From: an uncultured Clostridium sp.
GTDB taxonomy: Bacteria > Bacillota > Clostridia > TANB77 > CAG-508
DNA length: 53,410 bases
Assembly (NCBI GenBank): GCA_947648255.1
Contig: CANSNA010000004.1
Coordinates: 1 to 53,410 of the forward strand
Reading direction: 5' to 3'
Each line of letters starts with the position of its first letter. The first letter of the stretch is position 1. A model generated the notes under the pieces. It had not been told where the DNA came from. It did no database searches and saw only the letters and a list, made by a program, of their open reading frames with translations. The position numbers and the translations under genes are program-made. Of the stretch, positions 45,301 through 53,410 are shown piece after piece.

Positions 45301-45855
45301 TAGTTCTCTCTAATTTTTTTTCTGCCTCTACTTTTCTTGTTTTATATTTCACAATACCTGCTGCTTCTTCAAAAATATTTCTCCTATCCTCTGATTTGTT
45401 GCTTAAAATTTCGTCAATTCTACCTTGCCCTATTATTGAATAACCGGTCTTTTCCAATACCTGTATCCATAAATAATTCATTTATATCTTTTAATCTACA
45501 GGGGGTTTTATTTATAAGATACTGAGATTCACCACTTCTATAAAGCTTACGAGTTACAGTAACCTCTGTATATTCAAGTGGAAGTCTTCCATCTTCGTTA
45601 TCAAATACAAGAGATACCTCAGCAAAGCCCAAAGATTTTCTAGCTTGTGTTCCAGAAAAAATAACATCTTCAGATTTATCTCCTCTTAGAGCTTTCATAC
45701 TTTGTTCTCCAAGTACCCATCTAATGGCATCTGATATATTACTCTTACCTGACCCATTAGGTCCGGATAACAGTTGTAATGCCTGGCATAAACTCTAATT
45801 CAGTTTTATCCGCAAATGATTTAAAGCCTTGCATCTCTAGCTTTTTTAAATACAT
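42304..45855 (-). CDS. smc: Chromosome segregation protein SMC; six CGGN sites (45762, 45443, 44944, 44208, 43919, 42571)
   Basis: MYLKKLEMQGFKSF; recoded TVI-G-PNGSGKSN (Walker A), GIGKD-G-YSIIGQG, hinge, LLS-G-GERA (signature), LDEIEAALD. Confidence 0.94.
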
Positions 45856-45893
45856 TCCTGTTTCTCCCTCCCCTTAATAGTTTATGTTCCATA

Positions 45894-45922
45894 ATTATAC
45901 CATAAGAAGATTTTTATCGCAA
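45894..45922 (-). promoter_or_regulatory. Sigma-A-type promoter of smc
   Basis: TTGCGA-17 nt-TATAAT with TG extension. Confidence 0.6.
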
Positions 45923-45939
45923 TATAGATTTTTCTTGTA

Positions 45940-47141
45940 CACGGAAATCTAATTTTGTAATAAAACTGAAATATAGTATAATACTATTGGTGATGAAAAT
46001 GGATTATTTAGAAAAATTAAAATTATACTTACCAATGGTAGGAACAACAAAAAAATATAAAGGTTATTGGTTTAAAATATATGATTGCCTAGTTATTCTC
46101 GTTTGTGGATGTTTATGTGGTCTAGGAAATTTAAAACAAATACATAGATATGCTAAAAATAGAGTAACTAAACAAATGTTAAAACAAGTATTTAATATTC
46201 GCAAAATTCCTTGTTATTCTCAATTTACTAATATTATGAGTATTATTGATAATACTCAATTAGAAGAAGCTTTTAGAGCTTGGACACAATGGATTATTTA
46301 TGATTTGCAAGGAAAAACTGTTTCCTTTGATGGTAAAACAATTAAAACTACATGTAATATGAAAAAATATGCTCAACCCATTCATATTATAAGTGCTCAT
46401 GTTTCTGAACTTGGGATTACAATCGGTCAATTATCTGTCAAATCTAAAAGTAATGAAATACCAGCTGTGCAAGATTTAATAAAAACATTAAATCTAAAAG
46501 GTTGTGTAGTTGTAGCTGATGCTTTAAATACCCAAAAGGAAACTGTATCAGCCATAATGGAAAAAGAGGCTGATTATGTATTACCATTCAAAGAAAATCA
46601 AGGTAATTTATATAAAGAAATAAAAGAAATGTATGATTATGTATTAGATGATAAAGTAGAGCGAAACCAAAGAAATTATGAATATACCAAAATGGTCGAA
46701 AATAATCATGGACGATATGAAATCAGAGAAAGTTATGTAATTACACAAATTGATTGGTTACAAGAAAAGAACAAGTGGAAGAAATTAAGTTGTATAGGAT
46801 TAATAAAAAATACTTTTATAGAGAATGGCGAAAAAAATATTCAAGTGAGATATTATATAAGTAGTAAAAAACTAACATCAAAAGAACTAATTTATTATAC
46901 AAGAAATGAGTGGAAAATAGAGAGTATGCACTGGTTGCTAGATGTTAATTTAAAAGAAGATTTAACTAAATTAAGAGAAGAAAATGCTCAAAAAAACTTA
47001 AATATTTTGAGAAAAATTGCTCTAAATAGTATGAAATTATATAAAGAAAACAATAAGATTAAAGACTCTATTAGTGGATTAATGCAAGATTGTTTGATGG
47101 ATCCTGAAGTATTAATAGAGGTATTAAGAAATATCTCCTAA
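45940..47141 (+). mobile_element. ISAs1-family element; transposase 45987..47141
   Basis: SFDGKT, HIISA, KSNEIPA, ADALNTQK, KENQ, HGRYEIR, WKIESMHWLLDV. Candidate left end CACGGAAATC at 45940; no matching right end seen. Confidence 0.88.
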
Positions 47142-47167
47142 TACCTTTATTACATAAAGATAGTGTA

Positions 47168-48250
47168 AAAGACCACTGGCTCGCTTTTTTAGAAGATGAA
47201 CCCACTCTAAATATTAGACCTATCGTTTATGAAGAAGTAGAAAAAATGATTGGGTGTGGCTCTCTTTCCAATGGCTATGCTGTCTATACTTGTGACCACT
47301 GTAATAATTATATGTATGTTCCTTTTACTTGTAAATCTCGCTTTTGTTCTTCTTGTGGTACTAAATATGTTTTGGATAGAGCTGATACTATTGCTAGAAA
47401 AGCCATTAATTGTCCACATAGCCATATTACTTTTACTATTCACCAAGACTTATGGTCTCTTTTTCAGAAGGATAGGTCTTTACTTAATCTTCTCTTTAAT
47501 GCTGTTTCTTCTACTATTCTGTCTTGGTTCTATGAGCAAAATCATAAGGAAAATTTTAAGCCTGGCTTTATCTCTACTCTTCATACTTTTGGTTGTGATC
47601 TTAAGTGGAATCCTCATATCCATGTCTTGATTACTGAAGGTGCTTCTGGTAATTTTACTCCTTGGAAAAAATTTGAGGTCTTTCCTTATCTTATGCTCCG
47701 CAACAGGTTTCAAACTACTTTGTTGTCTATGCTTGAAAAGCACTTCGGTAAAGATAATTTCAAATCCTTAAAAAATCATATTTACAAATCTTCTAAAAAT
47801 GGTTTCTATGTTCATGCTCCAAAAGTTAAGTCAAGAGATATTAAGGCTACTGTTAAATATGTTATCCGTTATTCTGGTAAATCTGCTATGGCTCAATCTC
47901 GTATTCTTAATTATGATGGTGAATTTGTTACCTTTTGGTATGATAGACATGAAGATAACAAACGTGTCGAAGAAAAGATTCATGCTTATGATTTCATTAA
48001 AAAACTTATTATTCATATTTATGATAAATATTTCAATGTTGTTAGATACTATGGGCTCTATGCTAGAAAATACAAACACTCTAACAAGCTTTTTACTATG
48101 ATGAAGCCTTATGTTGCTTCTTTGAGAAAACAACTTGCTAATTGGAAATGTCGCATAGAATTATATTTTAAACATAATCCTCTTTCTTGTCCCTGTGGAC
48201 ACTCTTTTCACTTTGACTATCTTGTTCAAAAGGAGTATAATTCTTCTTGA
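47168..48250 (+). mobile_element. IS91-family (Y2/HUH) transposase, apparently 5'-truncated
   Basis: Zn-binding PFTCKSRFCSSCG, HITFT, LHTFG...WNPHIHVL, YVIRY, VRYYGLY. Frame stays open upstream of Met 47246 (KDHWLAFLEDEPTLNIRPIVYEEVEK). Confidence 0.85.
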
Positions 48251-48480
48251 TTGGAGTGATTATTTTGAAACTTAAACGTCCTAAAAAAACTGAATTTATT
48301 TGTACTAATTGCAAAACTCATGAGTTTATTCCTACCGACATTGTTTTGCAACTGGATATGGATGATCCTGGTGATCCTTCTTATCCTCCTATGTTTCATT
48401 GTGAAAAGTGTAATGGGTTAATGAAACCTAAATATTTTGTTGGCTATTCTGGCATTGAATACATTTATGATGGTAATTAA
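48247..48480 (+). CDS. Small zinc-ribbon protein carried with the IS91-like element
   Basis: CTNC...CEKC; overlaps the transposase stop. Confidence 0.65.
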   Translation: MIGVIILKLKRPKKTEFICTNCKTHEFIPTDIVLQLDMDDPGDPSYPPMFHCEKCNGLMKPKYFVGYSGIEYIYDGN

Positions 48481-48721
48481 ATCTTCTTTACTTTTTCCCT
48501 TTTTATTAAGGTTTGTTTGTCGTCCTTTTATGTCTGCCTTATTGAATAGTCAAAATCTGTGATTTTTCCTATTCAACAAAAAAATAAACCTTAAAATTTT
48601 TGTTTTTTAAGGTTTATTTAATATGTGAAAAACTAAAAATCATTTTTATTAATCTTGTTTCACATTTTTAAATTATCTGTATTTTAATTCATTTTGTTTG
48701 CACCAATTAATAGCTATTTCT

Positions 48722-49789
48722 TTATTTTTTCATATATTTTGTATTTCTTCCACTTCCTATTATTTGTATTAATCCTTCTTTTACCATTGTTCCGAGTATT
48801 GCCTCAACTGTTGTACTACTGACATCTGGTAGTATCTTACAAATTTCAGCTTTTGAAATAGGTGTTAGATTATTTAGTACTGTTGCTTCAATTCTTGCTT
48901 TCTTCGTAATTTTATTGCTATTTACAACACTAAATCTTTTATCTAATTCTTTATAACACATATATAAAGTTGATAAAAAATTCTCTATAAAAGGAATATA
49001 ACTATGTTCATTTTCTAACCAATTAATAGAAGATAATCTTAGTGCTTCATAATAATTTCCTTTACTATTATTTATTTGTTCTTCAAACGAAACATATTTA
49101 CCAACATCAAATCCATTTTTATATAATAATAACAATGTTAATAGTCTTGACATTCTTCCATTACCATCTCTAAATGGATGTATGCAAAGAAAATCAAGAA
49201 TAAAACATGGAATTAGTAATAATTGATTAATATTATAATTATTACTTGCGTCATGATATGCAAGTATAAGTTGTTCCATTGCCTCTGGTGTTTCTTTTGC
49301 TGATAATGGTTTAAATCTCATTTTCCTGTTTCCGTCTTTATCTTCTTCTACAATATAGTTTTCGTTTATTTTATATTTCCCTGCATCTTCAATTCCTGTA
49401 TATGACATCATTATTTCATGTAATCTTAAAATTGTATTTTCACTTAATTCAATCTCTTCATAATGTAGATGTATTTCATTTAAGCTATCACGATAACCCG
49501 CAATTTCATTTTCATTATGATTTAATGGTTTACTGTTTTGATTTACTATTTCTTCTATACGTTCATCACTAGTTACAATTCCTTCTATAGCATTTGAACT
49601 TTTAACTGATTGTACTACTGCTATTTTTTCTAATTCTGTGAATATTCTTTCATATTCATCTTTTCTTATCTTTGCTCCTGTTTTTAATGCATATATAGTT
49701 CCTGTTATATTTATCAAATTGGCTGGTAGTAAGCCATTATCAAGAAAAGAATAATTAAATTTTTTCATTTTATTTCCTTCTTTCTGCAT
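48722..49789 (-). CDS. Fic-domain protein with C-terminal winged-helix
   Basis: Canonical HPFRDGNGRMSR; SSNAIEG inhibitory-type motif; start probably MKKFNYS (49768). Confidence 0.9.
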   Translation of the reverse strand: MQKEGNKMKKFNYSFLDNGLLPANLINITGTIYALKTGAKIRKDEYERIFTELEKIAVVQSVKSSNAIEGIVTSDERIEEIVNQNSKPLNHNENEIAGYRDSLNEIHLHYEEIELSENTILRLHEIMMSYTGIEDAGKYKINENYIVEEDKDGNRKMRFKPLSAKETPEAMEQLILAYHDASNNYNINQLLLIPCFILDFLCIHPFRDGNGRMSRLLTLLLLYKNGFDVGKYVSFEEQINNSKGNYYEALRLSSINWLENEHSYIPFIENFLSTLYMCYKELDKRFSVVNSNKITKKARIEATVLNNLTPISKAEICKILPDVSSTTVEAILGTMVKEGLIQIIGSGRNTKYMKK

Positions 49790-49898
49790 ATACTCTATGA
49801 CTTTATATGCATATATGTTATATTATCTGCATATATTTTATCATTTTATATGCATAAAGTCAATGATATTCTGCATATATTTTTTAATTTTATATGCA
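49785..49898. promoter_or_regulatory. Three palindromic operators TGCATATA-N11-TATATGCA over the fic promoter
   Basis: Copies at 49785-49811, 49828-49854, 49872-49898; minus-strand TTGACT(49858-63)-17 nt-TAAAAT(49835-40). Confidence 0.75.
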
Positions 49899-50287
49899 GT
49901 AAAATTATAATTATTTTCTCACAATTTTGTTTACTATACTAAACAAAATTATTATTTTCATTGCTTTTATTTATTGTACTAAACAAAATATGTTTTTTAA
50001 TGATTTTTGTTCAGTGTATAATTTATGTATTTAAGAGTATCAATATTAAGTTAGTCGTTCGAGCATTTGCTAAGTTACGAATAACTTATGCAACCGAACA
50101 TTGTGAGGTTGTATTCCTTAAAAACTGTCCATAATCACAACACTCATGTGTGTATTGTTGTTACTGGTAGTTTTTAGATTAACACTATAATTTTGAAAAG
50201 AATTGATATTTAGCTAGGCACACGAGTTTGAAATGTATGAGACGTACTCTTGTACGTTAATTACATTTCAAGCGAAGTGTAACAACG

Positions 50288-51537
50288 CTAAATGCAATTA
50301 TCTTCAAAATTAACCCACCTTTTTCTCATAACTAATTCTTGTGCCTGTTTTGTTTTAGTTTGTTTTACAATTTCTTCTAGTTTTTTTGTATTGGTATATT
50401 CTTTGCAAACTTCTCTTAAAACTTCTAACATTTGTTCTTCAAAAACTTGATAATTAAAATTGTGTGGTGAACATACATCAAATTTTCCAAATCTTCCATA
50501 TCTTTGACATCTTCCATAGATATTTCCGTTTTTATCTGGACTTCTTATTCCAATATATCCCTTACAATCAAAACAACGAAGTAAGCCTTTGAATAAGTAA
50601 TCATTCTGTACTACTCTTGAGCCTTTAGTCGCTTGAATTACTTTTTTCGCTCTTTCAAAATCTTCTTTACTTATAATAGCTTCGTGCATATTTTCTACTT
50701 TTATCCAATCTTCTTCTGGTAAATCTATAAATTTTTTAGATTTAAAACTTACTTTTTTTCTTTTGCCTTGTATAACTGTTCCTGTGTAAATTTCATTTGA
50801 AAGAATAAATCTTATTGTAGATTGTTGCCATAGTCCATAAGTTAGAGATTTTGTTCCTCTTTTTCTCTTGTTATAATCTGATGGGATTGGAATTTTCTTT
50901 TTACTTAAATAATCTGCTATTTGCATTGTACCAAAACCTGCTAAATATTTATTAGTTTTACAACATTTGCTGCTTCTTCATCTATTATTAAATGGTATTT
51001 ATTTTCTGGATCTTTTTTATAGCCATAAGGTGCTGTTCCTAAATATTCTCCAAGATTTCTTTTTGATTGTAATACACTATTTATTTTCTTTGATGTATCT
51101 TTTGCATACATTTCATTTAATATTGATTTAAATGGTGCTATATCATTGTTTGATGTATCATAAGCAGTATCTATATTGTCTAATATTGCAACAAATCTCA
51201 CTTCATGTTCTGGAAAATATGTTTCAATGTAAATTCCTGATTGCACATAGTTTCTACCAAGTCTTGATAAGTCTTTCGTTACTACCATATTGATTTTACC
51301 TGCTTCAATATCTGCTATCATTCTATTAAATACAGGTCTATCAAAACTTGTACCACTTACGCCATCATCAACATATTCTGATATAAAGTTTAATTTATTT
51401 TCTTTGATGTATTGCATTAGCAAAGTTCTTTGGTTTCCAATACTTTCGCTTTCTTGATATTTTTCTTCATCTTCTCTTGAAAGCCTTATATATATGCCTA
51501 CTTTATAATCAATATTATTCATTATTGTATAGCTCAC
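50288..51537 (-). pseudogene. Large serine recombinase (TndX/TnpX-like), frameshifted near 50950 and C-terminally truncated
   Basis: YIRLSRED, DDGVSG, KDLSRLGR, APYGY, recombinase and Zn-ribbon domains. Break at VVKLI|...KYLAGFGTMQIA has no CGG; coiled coil cut short. Confidence 0.82.
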
Positions 51538-51636
51538 TTTTACCTCCTTCTTATGCTATTTAAAGATAATGAGATAATATTGATACTCTTTGCAAGTATT
51601 ATAACATATTATCTCATTAAATACCATTATTTTACT

Positions 51637-51777
51637 TTAATTTTTCTTTAGACAATAATTTCCAAATGCTCTTTCTATTATTCTCTCTAATGCTTCTCCT
51701 TTTTCATTAAATATAATATTTATTTTAAAATCATTTTTCTTTTTATACTTTTTCTTTTCTATATTTTCTTCTTGCAT
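51637..51777 (-). CDS. Small hypothetical protein (46 aa) upstream of the recombinase
   Basis: RBS AAGGAG; MQEENIEKKSIKRKNDFKINIIFNEKGEALERIIERAFGNYCLKKN. Confidence 0.55.
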   Translation of the reverse strand: MQEENIEKKKYKKKNDFKINIIFNEKGEALERIIERAFGNYCLKKN

Positions 51778-52149
51778 AAATCTCACTCCTTTAGTTGTAA
51801 TTATTTCCAATTTCTCCTTTCTTTATACAATATACTTCTCTTATATCTTATAAATTTAAAAACTACAAGTGGATTTAATCCCATATGAGATTTGCCCTCA
51901 TTCCTCTTTTAAGAGAATCGCCCCTTTACATCACGTTAGCCAGACGAAAGTTTCATTATATGTGCTTGTAGTTTGCTATTCAATTTTCAATGTACATTTC
52001 CATTTTTTGACTTTTTATATGTTGTGTAATATAATAATGTCAAACATTTTATGAATTTATTGTAATTTGTTATAAATAAAATTAACACTAGACAATCTCA
52101 AAAAAATTTTTATTAATTTTAGGTTGTTTGATTTAGTGGGTGATAAAAA

Positions 52150-53133
52150 ATGCCTTATCACATAGCATTTGATAGAGATAAAAATTTAGAATTTATACTT
52201 TATAAAAGTACTGCTTTTATGAAAGATATGTTTTGTACAACTAACTATCCACTATCAATAGAAGATACCATAGGAACTTTTCTTCTAATGTTTCTTAATA
52301 CAGATTTTGAAAACTTTGAAGAGTGTTCTGCTTTTATCTATCATTTTTGTTTTGCAAATTTTTATTGTGAAAAATATCCTAATAAAGTTTCAAAAGATTA
52401 TTTTTATAGTATAAAATTGACACATAAAGATTTTCTACGAGAATTAAGAAATATGGTTAATGAAGAACAAAGTATGTTTTTATATATAAAGCACATGTTT
52501 CTAAAAAATTTACAACTTCCATACAACGAAGAATTTCTAAAAAGTGATGATGAAGAAGATGAAGAAAATTCTAATCTTGAAAACAACTCTGATGTTTCAA
52601 ACATTGATACTCCTTATAATTTAATCGAAATTAATAATTTCTTGGAAAATGTAACTTTAGATTTTGACTTGTTTCGATTTTTATTAGGAAAAATTAATAT
52701 ATACAAATATAATGTTCCTTATGGTTTTTATTGTGATAATATTTTTAGTATTTTAGGACTCGAATTTAAAGAATTTATGAGCTGTAAAAAACATACTATA
52801 CGAAAATGTCAAAATTGTGGACAATATTTTATACCCAATAATTTAAAAGAAACTAAATATTGTAATGAACTTTTTGAAGAAACTGGGAAAACTTGTAAGC
52901 AAATTGGAAAAGAATTGGCTTATAAAAAATCACTACAAGAAGATAGTCTTTTAAATAAATATCGAAAAAGATATATGTCTCTTGCAAGTTCAGTTTCTCA
53001 TTATGGAACTGATAGGGCTATAGAGAAATTTGAAAAATATAAAAAAGATGGAGCTATTATTAAAAAGAAATATTTAAATAAAGAAATTACTCCTAAAGAA
53101 TTTGAGAAATGGATTGAAAGTACAAAAAAATAG
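52150..53133 (+). CDS. DUF6076-like protein with C-terminal Cys cluster
   Basis: IRKCQNCGQYFIP...KYCNE...TCKQIG, ending FEKWIE; divergent from the recombinase module. Confidence 0.65.
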   Translation: MPYHIAFDRDKNLEFILYKSTAFMKDMFCTTNYPLSIEDTIGTFLLMFLNTDFENFEECSAFIYHFCFANFYCEKYPNKVSKDYFYSIKLTHKDFLRELRNMVNEEQSMFLYIKHMFLKNLQLPYNEEFLKSDDEEDEENSNLENNSDVSNIDTPYNLIEINNFLENVTLDFDLFRFLLGKINIYKYNVPYGFYCDNIFSILGLEFKEFMSCKKHTIRKCQNCGQYFIPNNLKETKYCNELFEETGKTCKQIGKELAYKKSLQEDSLLNKYRKRYMSLASSVSHYGTDRAIEKFEKYKKDGAIIKKKYLNKEITPKEFEKWIESTKK

Positions 53134-53410
53134 AAAAGTATACATATATTCAATTTTCCAATTTACTAATACATATACTCTTGCAATTCATATTTACTTA
53201 AAATTGATTTTAAGAAGGAATAGACTTCCTTTAATATCTAATACCTATACTGTATATATTCCATAAAATATATAATCTGACTTAATATTAGAGCGTGGCA
53301 CGAAAACCAGTGTTGTTATAGTTGTTATTAGGATTGTTGTAATTGCGATAGCAGGCGATAGTGTAAAATAAAGTGTGTAAGTAAAAGGTACCAAACTTAT
53401 GCACTTTACT

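Noticed and set aside
3011-45525. Numerous plus-strand ORFs of 60-230 aa in the ORF track (e.g. 12609..13238, 40962..41456, 42630..43322)
   Set aside because: Antisense shadows of well-supported minus-strand genes; Phe/Ser/Leu-rich, with no RBS or motifs.
2412-45855. Mass pseudogenisation of core genes
   Set aside because: Every lesion is the same event at the same codon. There are no nonsense mutations or other indels in these genes, and essential genes are affected.
2412-45855. Ordinary long-read homopolymer indel errors
   Set aside because: Most extra Cs are not in C runs, the abundant long A/T homopolymers are not broken, all breaks are +1 at a codon boundary, and there is no shared flanking motif. 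Unlikely, but not fully excluded without reads.
2412-45855. Simple triplet reassignment of CGG to Gly, Trp or Gln, or stop-codon readthrough
   Set aside because: A triplet reading leaves the downstream sequence out of frame; homology resumes only in the +1 frame.
50927-50965. Recombinase break as another CGGN recoding site
   Set aside because: There is no CGG at the junction. It looks like a short deletion, and the gene is also truncated at the 3' end, so it is a real pseudogene.
1-53410. tRNA gene that could explain the quadruplet decoding
   Set aside because: No tRNA-like cloverleaf or T-arm motif was recognised in this window; it must be sought elsewhere in the genome.

Overview
Very AT-rich chromosomal segment of a spore-forming, low-GC Clostridia-like bacterium (spoVM, splB, four-subunit POR, N-methyl-pilin-like protein). 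Almost all genes lie on the minus strand. Core genes: rlmD, dnaE, porCDAB, yraN-dprA-comM, rsmB-like, mtnN, PSP1/holB-like, lepB, a WalRK-like pair, murI, splB, nth, rpmB, clpC, smc. Accessory parts: a DUF1016 gene plus a stand-alone defence-type reverse transcriptase at the rlmD 3' end, a type III ToxIN/AbiQ module, a six-gene putative lipid-modification cluster, ISAs1 and IS91-like transposases, a Fic gene and a decayed serine-recombinase element. Main finding: 19 genes, including dnaE, smc, clpC, murI, comM and porA, look fragmented, and every break is at an in-frame CGG codon. Reading CGGN as one 4-nt unit (skip C, read GGN = Gly) restores full-length proteins with conserved glycines in Walker A, ABC-signature, Nudix, SAM-binding and other motifs. 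I counted 45 such sites by hand (33 CGGA, 6 CGGC, 5 CGGT, 1 CGGG). I saw no in-frame CGG in any uninterrupted gene, while out-of-frame CGG is common and harmless. This suggests a genome-wide natural quadruplet codon, or an obligatory +1 frameshift at CGG. A systematic assembly artefact still has to be excluded with raw reads and proteomics.
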